IMG/VR virus record: IMGVR_UViG_3300034069_001731 | Location: 2,811-66,810 of that record | DNA length: 64,000 nucleotides | Direction: 5' to 3' (one strand) | Origin: a virus | The notes under the pieces: model-generated | The model's input: the letters and a program-made list of their open reading frames with translations, nothing else | The model's database searches: none | Told to the model about the DNA's origin: nothing | Shown: in pieces, positions 16,644 to 26,700 of the stretch | How positions within the stretch are numbered: the stretch's first letter is position 1 | Layout of the letters: each line of letters opens with the position of its first letter | Position numbers and translations under genes: made by a program

Positions 16644-18623
16644 TCAGGCCGACGCCACGCTGAGTCGCGGTTTGTCCGCCCGGAAGCGGCCATCCTGGAG
16701 CGTGATGATGGCGCGCTGGCCGTCCGGGTAGTGGACGACGTGCGCGACGGCCCAGCTCGACGGGCCCTTGTTGTAGCCCTGGTGCAGGTTCATGCACCCG
16801 GCGACGTAGCAGCCCTCGGCGATCTCCGGGCTGTGCTTGTCGGCGATGGTCATCTTGCGGCCGGTCCGCATGAACCCCTGCACGGTGCCCTTGGACCCGT
16901 TGGTGCCGCGGAAGCCGTGATGACCGATCTCGATGCCGTCGAGCAGCCGGCTGGTGCCGTCGTAGGCCCACTCCACCTCTTCGGCGCTGCCGATGTAGGT
17001 GGTCAGCAGGGCGTGCTGCAGCAGCGAGAAACGCGGGGTCGGCAGCGCCAAGTCGAGCGCCTGGGCGACGGCTTCGCGATGACGCATGTAGGCGGTCTCG
17101 AGCCGAAGCCCAAGCATCGTATTGGCGCCGTCGTTTCGGTACCGCCCTTCCCTGACCCAGCGCTCCAGACCGATGTCGTGGTTCGATTCCACCACGATCG
17201 TCTTGCGGTCGGGGCTGTGCAGCGACAGCAGGAAGTCGCCGACGTCGCCGATTTCTTCCGACACCGAGTCCCTGCCCCGGATCGCCAGCTCGTAGCTGTA
17301 GGCGGAGTCGCCGAGGTGGTGGTGGTTGCGGGTCTCGTTGTCGAAGATGTCGTGCAGCACGACATGATGCGGGTTCAGGGTGTCGAGCAGGCTGCCCTTG
17401 TTGCGCACCGTGTGGCCGGGTGCGAAGCCGAAGGTCGCCAGGCTGTTCAGGGGATCGAGCTTGCGCAGGTGGACGTCGCCGGCCACCAGGGCCGCGGCGC
17501 GGTGCCCGGTCGTGACAACGCCGCCCGCGACACGGCGGTCGAGGTCGTAGAAGGAGCCATCCTCGTTGGCGGTCAGCTGACGGCAGAACACGCGGGAGCG
17601 CTCGTCGAACTCGACGAGGACGGCGCCGATCACCTGGTGGAAGAGCGACTTGATGCCGGCCTTGCGCGGGATGATCTTGGGCTTCGTCACCATGCCGGTC
17701 GTCATGACCTGGTGCGCCTGCTCGTTCGGATCCGTGGACGGGACCGACTTCAGCTGGCGCTTCGCATGCGGGAACACGGCCCACCGGTTGCGGCTGTAGG
17801 TCATGAGGTCGGACACCGGCTGCGACGCCGTGACGATCGTGTTCATCTCGCCGGCGAAGACGAAGTCGTCACCGACCGCGAGCTGCCCGAAGCACAGGTG
17901 CGGATGCAGCTCGACGGGGTAGTCGCGGGCCGCCGTGTTGGTCTCCGACCACCAGGACGTCTCGTAGGTCAGCGGGCCGACGACGATCTCGGCGCCGACG
18001 TGCAGCGCGAAAGCCTGGAGGTTCTGCCAGAAGGCCTCGTGCAGCTGGCCATCGTTCTGGGCCGCGGTGAAGATGAAGCGGCGGCCGGCCGCGTTGAGCA
18101 CGGGTTCGACGGTCAGCGTTTCGCTGAGCCAGGTCCTCGGGGTCGAGGCTTTGCGCTCGTATTCGCCGGTCCGCTTGTTGAACCGGCGCTTCATCGTGGT
18201 GTCGACCACGATGGCGGATGTGTTGTTGACGGGATAGTCGGATGACGTGACCAGCGTGACGATCTCGGCGCGCAGGTGGCGGGCGCGAGCGTCCAGGTCC
18301 TCGGGGACCTCTTCGATCACCACTTCGGGGATCGGCTTCACCCACGCGACATCCGAGGTCTGGGGTGGCGTGAAATCGGGGGCGTCACCGGAGTAGAGGC
18401 TCCAGTTCGGCAGAACGTACATGCGGCCGGTCTTGCGGCGGCGCTCCTCGTCCCGGATCCACCGGGCGTAGGTTCCGGACACCTTGCCGTCGGCCTTGTC
18501 GGCCTTCTCGGTCGCAGACCCCTTGCCGACGAGCAAGCGCAGCGGACCGTAGCCTTCCCGCAGAAAGGACTCGATCAGCTCGGCGCGGCGCAGGCGTTCG
18601 TCGAGGCTCAGCGGCTGGTACAT
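16644..18623 (-). CDS. Large metallophosphoesterase-fold phage protein (tentatively T5 A1-like)
   Basis: AGDVH, LHDIFD, VESNHD, HHGFRG and DKHS metal-binding-type motifs; the A1 assignment is from recollection only. Confidence 0.55.
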   Translation of the reverse strand: MYQPLSLDERLRRAELIESFLREGYGPLRLLVGKGSATEKADKADGKVSGTYARWIRDEERRRKTGRMYVLPNWSLYSGDAPDFTPPQTSDVAWVKPIPEVVIEEVPEDLDARARHLRAEIVTLVTSSDYPVNNTSAIVVDTTMKRRFNKRTGEYERKASTPRTWLSETLTVEPVLNAAGRRFIFTAAQNDGQLHEAFWQNLQAFALHVGAEIVVGPLTYETSWWSETNTAARDYPVELHPHLCFGQLAVGDDFVFAGEMNTIVTASQPVSDLMTYSRNRWAVFPHAKRQLKSVPSTDPNEQAHQVMTTGMVTKPKIIPRKAGIKSLFHQVIGAVLVEFDERSRVFCRQLTANEDGSFYDLDRRVAGGVVTTGHRAAALVAGDVHLRKLDPLNSLATFGFAPGHTVRNKGSLLDTLNPHHVVLHDIFDNETRNHHHLGDSAYSYELAIRGRDSVSEEIGDVGDFLLSLHSPDRKTIVVESNHDIGLERWVREGRYRNDGANTMLGLRLETAYMRHREAVAQALDLALPTPRFSLLQHALLTTYIGSAEEVEWAYDGTSRLLDGIEIGHHGFRGTNGSKGTVQGFMRTGRKMTIADKHSPEIAEGCYVAGCMNLHQGYNKGPSSWAVAHVVHYPDGQRAIITLQDGRFRADKPRLSVASA

Positions 18624-19408
18624 CAGCGCGCCGCCACGGTGGTGTTCGGGGAGCCGAACTCGGGCAGCCCGGCCTTGGCCAGGAAGCTGCGCACGGTCGA
18701 CATCTGGATGACGATGCCCATGTGGGGGACGCCGCCGCCCTGGGTGGTCTCGATGGCTTCCGGAACGCCGAACAGCACGTAGTGGCCGCCGCGGCGGACA
18801 TAGGCGCCGCCGCCCGAGTTGCCGCCGATGATGGGCGCCGAGATCATGGTGTGCATCTCGGCGCCACCCTCGCCGTCGCCGACCGTCTCGAGCGACGCCA
18901 GCCCTTCCGTGATGAAGGGTCGGTTGCCGAGACCGCCGCCGGCCGCGTAGACGGACTCGGTCATGTCGACTTGGTCGTCCGGGCCGATGAAGCGCGCGGG
19001 CTCGGCCGAGAACTCGGGGTCGTCGATCCTGATGAGGGCGAGGTCGTGCGTGGCGTCGTCAGCCACCAGCGTCGCCGTCGCGATGAGCGGCAGCGCGTTC
19101 CGGCGGCCCTTGATGAACAGCCAGTTCCGGACCACGACGTCGAGCGGCCCGACCTGTCCGGCCTCGGCCATCTTCTGTTCCGCCGGGGCGAGGACGTGGT
19201 GGTTGGTCAGAATGAAGGTGCCGTCCGGGCCGCTGTGGACCACGGTTCCTGACCCGCGGGCCGGCGGGGCATCGATGCGGAAGCTCGGGTTCAGCATGTC
19301 GAACTTGCGGAGCGTGATGTCGTCCTTGGGGCCGAAGGCCGCGTAGGCCGAAACTCCCAGGACCGCGACGCAGGCCGCGACTGTGCTGTTGATGAGCTTG
19401 TTCCGCAT
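18623..19408 (-). CDS. Secreted trypsin-like serine protease
   Basis: Signal peptide; GSG, TNHHV (His), HDLALI (Asp) and GGNSGGG (Ser). Confidence 0.88.
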   Translation of the reverse strand: MRNKLINSTVAACVAVLGVSAYAAFGPKDDITLRKFDMLNPSFRIDAPPARGSGTVVHSGPDGTFILTNHHVLAPAEQKMAEAGQVGPLDVVVRNWLFIKGRRNALPLIATATLVADDATHDLALIRIDDPEFSAEPARFIGPDDQVDMTESVYAAGGGLGNRPFITEGLASLETVGDGEGGAEMHTMISAPIIGGNSGGGAYVRRGGHYVLFGVPEAIETTQGGGVPHMGIVIQMSTVRSFLAKAGLPEFGSPNTTVAAR

Positions 19409-19446
19409 CGGTGGTATCCCCTTCTGCCGTCGGGCGTAGCACAGGT

Positions 19447-19484
19447 TTTGCAGAAAAGCAAATCCTGTGCTGCATTCGCGCAAA
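19447..19484. promoter_or_regulatory. Two operator-like motifs upstream of the protease gene
   Basis: TTTGC-AGAAAA-GCAAA (19447-19462) and GCTGC-ATTCGC-GCAAA (19469-19484). Confidence 0.6.
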
Positions 19485-19982
19485 TCAGAAGGTAGCGCGA
19501 GGGCTGGGGATGGTCGGAACATCGACCGGAACGAGCCAGAAACTCCGCCACCCGGCGAACCAGATCTTGATGTTGAGGTCGAACCGCTCGTCGGCCTTGG
19601 CATCATACGGCAGCTTCACGCACAGATCGCGCGCGATGCCTTCGCCGACGGGGCGGGCACCGTTGCGATGCCAGGGCTGGCCGGTGTCGCGGTTGATGAG
19701 GTCGGGGAACGTCCGGTCGCCGGTGCCGGGACGGTCGAGGAGAACATCCACGTTTTCGAGGCGGGCGAGCCGGTGCTTGTCACCGGTCCAGCGGAAGCAG
19801 ATCTGATCGCTGTCGCGAGTGACCGTGGCAGCGTCGATCTGGATGTTGTCGATGACGGGGTCCAGGTATGACTCGACCCGGCCCCCGAACAGGGTGCTGA
19901 GGCAAATGACGAGCGCCACCATGGCCCCGGTCAGCCAGGTCAGCGCGACCGTCAGCAGGACATGCCTGCCGCGGTCAGTCAT
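19485..19982 (-). CDS. Membrane-anchored hypothetical protein of the lysis cassette
   Basis: N-terminal TM segment; overlaps the upstream gene. Confidence 0.7.
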   Translation of the reverse strand: MTDRGRHVLLTVALTWLTGAMVALVICLSTLFGGRVESYLDPVIDNIQIDAATVTRDSDQICFRWTGDKHRLARLENVDVLLDRPGTGDRTFPDLINRDTGQPWHRNGARPVGEGIARDLCVKLPYDAKADERFDLNIKIWFAGWRSFWLVPVDVPTIPSPRATF

Positions 19983-20352
19983 CGAGGCGGCTCCGCTTGG
20001 TCACCACCTGCACGACCGACAGGATCTTGGTGTCGATGTTGCGCATGGTGTGTTCGACCGTTTCCATGCGGCGCCCGATGCCGTCGATCAGGGCGCCGAA
20101 GGTCTTGCCGATGCGCTCCTCCATCCGCTCGAGGTCGTCGCGGCGGACGTAGGTTTCGGAGATGTGGAGCTGGTGCTTGGAGAAGGCGGCGTCGATGGCG
20201 ACGACCTTCACTTCCAGCTCGCAATGACGCTTGATCATCTCCCCGACCTGGTACCGCTGGAGGAAGTAGTTGCCCACGAACCCAGAGATGAGGACGGCGA
20301 GGGTGATGATCGTCCCGTAGCCGAAGCTGGGATCAAAGGTGATGGGGGACAT
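19975..20352 (-). CDS. TM plus coiled-coil protein (lysis-associated)
   Basis: MSPITFDPSFGYGTIITLAVLISG...; GGAGG RBS. Confidence 0.7.
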   Translation of the reverse strand: MSPITFDPSFGYGTIITLAVLISGFVGNYFLQRYQVGEMIKRHCELEVKVVAIDAAFSKHQLHISETYVRRDDLERMEERIGKTFGALIDGIGRRMETVEHTMRNIDTKILSVVQVVTKRSRLDD

Positions 20353-20360
20353 CAGTCCTC

Positions 20361-20798
20361 CTATTTGGAGAAAATGCGACGGATCGCCGGAACAGCGACC
20401 GTCACGCCGGCGGCCCCGAGGAGCACGCTGGTCTCGATGGACGCTTGGGCGTCCGGAAGGGCGGCGACACGCCAGGAGCCGACGACGTGGCCGAAGCTCG
20501 GGACCGAGTCCAAGGCGATCGCACCGAAGTGGTAGAGGCAGACGGCGAAGAGCGCCGGCAGCATCCACTCTGTCCAGGGCGACAGCCGATCAGCGGCGCG
20601 TTGCGCGGCGATCAGCTTGTCGGTCTCGAGCTTGTTCTGGAGGACGGCCAGGTTGACCTGGGTGTCGGCGGCGACGTCCGTGTTGTGGGTCTGGACCGCC
20701 GTGTTCTGCTTCGCGACCTCGTAGTCGATCAGCTTGCTGGCGAGGCCGGGGATCTTGGTGAGGACCGCGGACATGCCCGAGAGGAGAAAGCCGAGCAT
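20361..20798 (-). CDS. Holin-like membrane protein
   Basis: N-terminal amphipathic segment, coiled coil, two C-terminal hydrophobic segments and basic end RRIFSK; TGATG overlap. Confidence 0.55.
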   Translation of the reverse strand: MLGFLLSGMSAVLTKIPGLASKLIDYEVAKQNTAVQTHNTDVAADTQVNLAVLQNKLETDKLIAAQRAADRLSPWTEWMLPALFAVCLYHFGAIALDSVPSFGHVVGSWRVAALPDAQASIETSVLLGAAGVTVAVPAIRRIFSK

Positions 20799-21028
20799 CA
20801 GTTCGTAGCCTCGGTGGTGGTGGGAACGCCCTGGGGCGTGGTGGTGATCATCCGCAGCCCGGCAAAGATGATCGCCATGGCGACCATCACGACGCCGATC
20901 TTGTCGCCGGGGACGCCGATGTCGGTGAGGGCCTGCTTGACGTCGAGGTCGTGCAGGAGGTCGGCCATGCCGACCAGAAAGAATGCGGCTGAGACGAGGT
21001 GGGTGCGCAGCCCTTTGAGCCTGCTCAT
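20798..21028 (-). CDS. Small two-TM holin-like protein
   Basis: 76 aa with two hydrophobic helices, directly after the endolysin. Confidence 0.55.
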   Translation of the reverse strand: MSRLKGLRTHLVSAAFFLVGMADLLHDLDVKQALTDIGVPGDKIGVVMVAMAIIFAGLRMITTTPQGVPTTTEATN

Positions 21029-21031
21029 GGT

Positions 21032-21682
21032 TCAAGCCTTTCGGGCGAGGGACTTCAGGAGGGCGCCGACGAAGCTGAAGAAGCTCGGCTTCACCGCGGC
21101 GACCGGGGTGGTCGCGACGGCGGGCGCCGGAGCGGCGACGGGAGTGATCACAGGGCTCGTGGGAGCCGCGCTGGCGGGCTTCGCAGCCGCGGGGACAGCA
21201 GGAGCCACGATGGGCTTGGCGTCCGTGGTGGGCCGCGGCAGGGCCTTGGTGTAGGGCGTCAGGAACTGGAGGCGTTCCGCTTCGCGCCGGGTGATCAGGA
21301 CCTTGTCCTTCTCCCACATCGAGAAGGCATCCGCGGCGCCCTTGCGGTCACCGGCGTTGAGCTTGCGCACCACGGTGGAGTGGGCGACCCCGAACTGGCC
21401 GATGTTATAGCAGAGGCTCACGAGCGCATCGAACTCGTGGTCCTCGAGCGGCACCGTCACGCAGTCGCGCACGGTGGCCTCATATTTGGCGAGGTCGTGC
21501 GAGAACAGCGCATCGGCCTGGGCCTGGGTCAGGGTGACGCCGGCTGCCGGGATCGGGGCGCCGGCCGCGGCCGTATGGCCGACGCCGATCGTCCAGACGC
21601 CCTTGGAGTCGCGGTACGCGACGAGCCTCTCACCCTCACGGATTTCGAGAACGGCGCGCCCGATCGGGCTGGTGATTTGCAT
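21032..21682 (-). CDS. Endolysin, GH24 lysozyme with Pro/Ala linker and amphipathic C-terminus
   Basis: EGERLVAYRDSKGVWTIGVGHT (E-x8-D-x5-T triad) and FDALVSLCYNIG. Confidence 0.93.
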   Translation of the reverse strand: MQITSPIGRAVLEIREGERLVAYRDSKGVWTIGVGHTAAAGAPIPAAGVTLTQAQADALFSHDLAKYEATVRDCVTVPLEDHEFDALVSLCYNIGQFGVAHSTVVRKLNAGDRKGAADAFSMWEKDKVLITRREAERLQFLTPYTKALPRPTTDAKPIVAPAVPAAAKPASAAPTSPVITPVAAPAPAVATTPVAAVKPSFFSFVGALLKSLARKA

Positions 21683-21708
21683 TCGGGTGTCCTTTGAATT
21701 CGTGCAAA
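21676..21708 (-). promoter_or_regulatory. Operator-like motifs at the endolysin start
   Basis: TTTGC-ACGAAT-TCAAA (21693-21708) plus a half-site over the ATG. Confidence 0.55.
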
Positions 21709-21715
21709 GCCGGAG

Positions 21716-22825
21716 TCACGAAGCACCGCTGCCCGTGGGCTCGGGGTCGCCCGGTCGGACAAGGTTGCCGTCGTCGATCTGTTCGGAAAAGTCCTCGCCG
21801 GTGCCGGGATCGATCAGTTCCAGCATCGTCGCGATGCCCCCATCCTTGGTATAGGTGTGGGTTGCCGTCTTGATCATGTAAGATCCATCGACGCCATCCC
21901 TAGTGGCGGAGATGACCAGCGTAGAGCCGCCGCGGATCGACGGGTCGCCCTTCGCGAGCGACAGCTGGCCGGTCCGGAAGCCGCGGTTCAGGGCGCCCAT
22001 CTTGGCATCGACGCCGGCCTGGGCTTCGTCCTTGGTCGCGAAGATCCGCTTGATCATGAAGGGCACGGTGGAGTCGGTGTAGGGCGCCGCCGTCGAGTTC
22101 AGCCACACCTTCTCGTGCTTGTCGGCGTCCCAGTAGGCGCCGCGCACCTTGCTGTAGCTGGTGCGGTTCTTCTCCGAGATCTGGAAGGTCGCGATGTCCT
22201 CGCCCGTGATGGCGACGCCGCCGATGAAGCTGCCCGACGCACTGTCGCCGGTGCCGCGCGCAGTGAAGGAGAGTTTGCCGGACCCGAAGTGGGCCATGCC
22301 GTTGTAGCGGCGCTCCAACTCCTGCAGCAGATGCATCGACGAGGAGTGCTGGTTCAGGTAGGCGATGGCCCGGCTGCCGAGCGTGGGGTCGACAGCGGCG
22401 CCGACGCCGGCTGCCTGCGCGATGCCCTGGATGATCTTGTCAAGGGTCTCGCCGGCGTGGGCGGCGATGATCGGCGCCTTGGACGCGTTGGTGAAGCCGA
22501 GAGAATGGCCGATAAGGCGCATCGTCTTCGGCGGATACAGGTAGTCCGTCTCCATGATCTCGAAGTCGCCCTGGCTGTAGACGCCGGTTTCGAGATATCC
22601 GAGCGCGAGGTCGATCCGGTCGCCGGAACCTGCCTTGTTGTTCGGCGACGCGATGAGCCAGTCACGGTCATCGAGCGTGATGTCGATCGTGTCGCCCTCG
22701 CCGCCGGACGACTTTGATTCCACCTTGATCGTGGTGACGCGATCATTGAAGTGACCGGTGATGTCGTCGCCGTCCTTGTAGATCACATAGATCGGCGTGT
22801 AGCCGAGAGCAGCCGTGTAGCTCAT
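21716..22825 (-). CDS. Baseplate hub (P2 gpD/late control D family)
   Basis: DTIDITLDD, LALGY, Q-SSMHLLQELERRY and YSKVRGAYWD; conserved position. Confidence 0.85.
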   Translation of the reverse strand: MSYTAALGYTPIYVIYKDGDDITGHFNDRVTTIKVESKSSGGEGDTIDITLDDRDWLIASPNNKAGSGDRIDLALGYLETGVYSQGDFEIMETDYLYPPKTMRLIGHSLGFTNASKAPIIAAHAGETLDKIIQGIAQAAGVGAAVDPTLGSRAIAYLNQHSSSMHLLQELERRYNGMAHFGSGKLSFTARGTGDSASGSFIGGVAITGEDIATFQISEKNRTSYSKVRGAYWDADKHEKVWLNSTAAPYTDSTVPFMIKRIFATKDEAQAGVDAKMGALNRGFRTGQLSLAKGDPSIRGGSTLVISATRDGVDGSYMIKTATHTYTKDGGIATMLELIDPGTGEDFSEQIDDGNLVRPGDPEPTGSGAS

Positions 22826-22835
22826 GGAGGTCCGA

Positions 22836-23054
22836 TTATTGGAACAGCTGGATCTGCTTGATGATCTTGATGCTGGTCGGAGGGATGTAAGGCAGAGTGA
22901 TCATCAGCCCTTCACTGAGAAGAATGGGCTGCTCCTCGATGCCTGGATTGGCGTTAATCACGGTCTCGACTTCGCCGTTCGCCACCGATCCGTAATGTGC
23001 GAAGCAGATCCGGTCGAGGCGGTCGTTGACCTTGGTGATGACGGTCTCGGTCAG
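22836..23054 (-). CDS. Tail protein X (P2 gpX/LysM-like), apparent CTG start; absent from the ORF track
   Basis: NDRLDRICFAHYG...VETVINANPGI...GLMITLP matches gpX; GAGGA lies 7 nt before CTG; no in-frame ATG upstream of the motif. Confidence 0.8.
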   Translation of the reverse strand: MTETVITKVNDRLDRICFAHYGSVANGEVETVINANPGIEEQPILLSEGLMITLPYIPPTSIKIIKQIQLFQ

Positions 23055-23081
23055 GGCTGATTCCTCGCTGGTGATCGGCGA

Positions 23082-23651
23082 TCAGCCGAGGAGGTTGAAC
23101 GTGGTCCCGTCGGCGCTGGCGGTGCCCTGCGGAGTCGGCTGGGCCGGCAGTGTCTCTGCGGACGGCGGTGCCACGGCACCAGCTATGATGCCGCTGTTGA
23201 GGTCGTCGCCGTAGAGCACCAGCTCCATCGTGAAGTCGATCTTCATCGGGACACCGTCTCCGGTGTAGAGGAAGTTGTTCTTGCGCAGCGCGCGGATCAT
23301 GTAGTTCCCGACCTTGGTGCCGGAGTAGGCGAGTCCCGAGGTCAGGCTGATGTCCTGCACCATGCTGGGCGAGAACTGCGTCACCATGAGCGGCTTGCCG
23401 GCGCGCAGCGCGTTCCGGATCTGCTCCATGGTGTCGATGCCGCCGAACTGGTACGGGAACAGGCGGCCGTGGATCGAGATCGTCTCCTCACCGGGGCCGG
23501 TGAACTGGATGGCGTTGTCCCGCCCGAGCCGGCCCTGCGACGGCAGCGTCGCCACCATGTCGCGAGACAGCGTCTCGAAGGCCGGCGTGTCGGTGCCGGG
23601 ATAGGGGCGGTAGAACAGGATGTCGCCGATCGACATCATGACCTGTCCCAT
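23082..23651 (-). CDS. Tail protein U (P2 gpU family)
   Basis: MMSIGDILF...GRLG...QFTGPGEETISIHGRLFP...KIDFTMELVLY. Confidence 0.85.
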   Translation of the reverse strand: MGQVMMSIGDILFYRPYPGTDTPAFETLSRDMVATLPSQGRLGRDNAIQFTGPGEETISIHGRLFPYQFGGIDTMEQIRNALRAGKPLMVTQFSPSMVQDISLTSGLAYSGTKVGNYMIRALRKNNFLYTGDGVPMKIDFTMELVLYGDDLNSGIIAGAVAPPSAETLPAQPTPQGTASADGTTFNLLG

Positions 23652-23706
23652 GAGGTCTCCTCGGAGTTGAAATGAAAAAGGGGAGGGGTGATCCCCTCCC
23701 CGGTCG

Positions 23707-26700
23707 TCAGCCGACGTCGTGATCGACGTCGTGGACTCGCGTCGACATGTGGCGGTCCATCTCGCGCCCCACGGACCTCGCGTGCTGGTCCGGGTCCGAG
23801 ACCTGGCTGTAGAAGTTCAGGTGGTGGTGGTGATGAACTTCCTTGGTGGCTGCGGAACCACCGCCGGCCGAGCCGCCGGCATCAGGGCTGTCGCCCGCCC
23901 CGTTCTCGGCGTCGCGATGCGCCGTGGGACGGTCGGAGGTCGGAACGCGCTTGGCGATCTCCTCCGGAGTCTTGGCGTCGCCGAGGCTCTTGGGAACCTT
24001 GGCGGTCACCTGCTTCGCCGCGGCGGTCACGGCCTCGTTGGACCGGCGGAGATCGGCGATCATGCCGACCTTCTCCCAGTTCATCGAGACCTTGTCGCCG
24101 TAGTTGCCGGAGACCATCTGGACAGCAGTGATGTTGCCATCCTTGTCCGTCTTGGTCTTGCCGGTGGCGAAGCCGACGTGACCGACGTGATCGCCGTGGC
24201 TCTCCTCGATCACATCACCCTTCTGCACGTCCTTGTTGTCGACGTGCTGGCCCCATCCGCTGAAGGACCGGGCCATGGCGGAGCCGGAACCCTTGATCCC
24301 GGACTTCGCCAGCGTCCCGTTCACGAAGTCGGCGCACCATTCGCCGGCATGCATGATGTGCTTCAGGGACGTCGCGGCCTGGCGCTCGTTGTAGCCCATC
24401 ATCCCCATGGCCGAGTCGACCGCGTCACCCTGGCGGCCGGAGCCGCCCGGGGACACGCCGCTCGGCGCCGAGTTGTCGACCGTGGCGCCGCCGGGCGTGC
24501 CGGCAAAGGCCGTGTCAGCGAACTTGTCGCGCGAAGCGTAGTTCTTCACGCCAGCCCGCTCGAAGGACTGCTCCCAGGCCCGGACCGCACCCTTGCGGGT
24601 CGTCTGGCCCTTGACGGCGAGGATGGCCCTCGCGGTCTCGGGATCCCCTTCGGTGAGGTAGCGCCAGGACGCTTCGTCCGAGGTCGGGTTGAGGTTGTGA
24701 GCCTTGGTCCAGGACTCGAACGCCCTGCGGCGCGGTCCCGTCCACTGCGCCCAGCCGACGCCGCCCTTGGCCGACGCCTGACCACCTTCATGATAGGCCG
24801 TGAAGCCGGCCGACTCGTGACCGAGGTTGCCGACAACGCCGGCTGCCTGCTCACGGGTGAGGCCGTACTTCTTCATCAGCCCGTCCATGATGACGGGGGC
24901 CTTGGCGGCGAACTTCGATCCCATCTTGCCGAGCGACACCTTGGGGCCGATCTCTCGGGCGTCTCCGGTGCCGGGGGTCGATCCACCATGGCCGTAGCGC
25001 ATGTTGGGCGTCCCGCCGCCGATGGCGCCGCCGACGCGGCCGTGTCGCAGGTTCGGGCGTTCGTCGCCACCGCCACCGCCTCCGGAACCGGCGTCACCGC
25101 CAGCACCGCCGAGCGAAGCCGTCTGCAGCAGCATCCTGATGGCCTGCAGCTCGATCTTGAGGTCGCGGACGGCCCTTTCGGTGCCGACCGTGGCGTCCTT
25201 GATCGCGAGGCCGGCGCCGGATGGCAGGTACTCCTGTCGGCTCATCGCCCCGGGACGGAAGCTCGACGCATCACCGACGGCGCCGCCCGTCGCGAAGAGC
25301 GGGATCGGACGGCCAGCGTTGAGGGCTTCGAGCACCGGCAGATTGCGGGCGGTCGCGGCGGCGTTCACGACGAACTCGCCGTTGGACACCCGGGCCACGA
25401 TGGAGTCGGAACGACCACCACCGGGACCCGAGATGAGACCGCCGTCGGCGAAGTGCATCACCCGCCGCGCGGTCTCGAAGAAGCCGGGCTGCGGCATCTG
25501 CGGGCCCTGCTGGAGCTGGCGCATCTGCTCCGGCGACAGGAACTCGTGCCAGGTTTCTGGCTGATCCCGCCGAGAGGGCGGGACCTGCTTCAGGAGGTCG
25601 TTCCTGATCACCGTGTCGGGACGGCCGCCGGTGCCGCGGATGGTGCCTTCGGCCATGGGCGACGGGGCGCCGAAGCCGAAGAACTCCTTGATGCCCTCCC
25701 AGTTCATGACCGTGACGCCGATCACAGCTGCGGCAGCGACAGCACCGATGGTGATCGGAGCTGCTGCGATCGCGGCGGCGATGCCGGCGCCGAGGGCGGC
25801 GAAGCCCCCTGCCCCAGCTGCGGCGCCACCCGCGGTACCCGCGGCTTCCGTGAGGCCCGCAATGGCGCCGAGCGCCTTGATGCCGGTGAAGACGTCCTTG
25901 ATCAGCAGGAGACCGTTGGTCACTGCCGACATGATGCCGATGACCGGCGACAGCAGATGCAGGGCCGCCGAGAGTCCGAGGATCTCGGTCGCCCACCGCC
26001 CCATGGTCTCGGCATCGCCGGACCCGGACAGCTTCGCGATCATGTCGAAGGCCCAGTGCATGTCATCGAAGAGGGACCGGATCCCCTCACCGACGCCCCG
26101 GAGGAAGTCGGCGACGGCGTGGCCCTTGAAGCCCTCGGCGAGGTCGAGGATGGCCTTCTTGATGTCGCGGATGCCGAGGCCGTCGATGAAGGCCTGCACA
26201 GCCTCACGCACCTTGCCGCGGACATCGTCACTCGTCAGGCTGGCCGTGATCTGCGTCCAGGCTTCAGAGATCGGAGCCAGGACGAGATCCTTGATCGGCT
26301 CGCCGATCTGGTAGTCGATGACCTTCATACCGGCTTCGAGTCGGCCGAGCATGACGCTCATGCTCTTCGACCAGATCTCCCACTTCTCGGTGAGGTAGTC
26401 CTGGCCGTCGGCCTGCTTCGACAGCTCGCGGGCCTTCTCGATGTACTTCTTGGAGCCCTCGGGATCCGCCGCGATTTCAGCCGCGGCAGCACCGGCGCCT
26501 TCGCCGAAGCCGGCGCCCTGCATGATCAGCTTGGCCTTGTCGGGCCCGAGTTTCCCGACGCGTCCAAAGAAGTCGATGATGCCCGCGGCGCCGGATTTCA
26601 GCGCCTGGGTCATCGCCTGGATGTTGTCGTAGCCGAGGTCCTTGGGGGCGTTAGCGAGTGCCGCGCCCTGCGGGTTCGTGATGGGATCGTAGCTGTTGAG

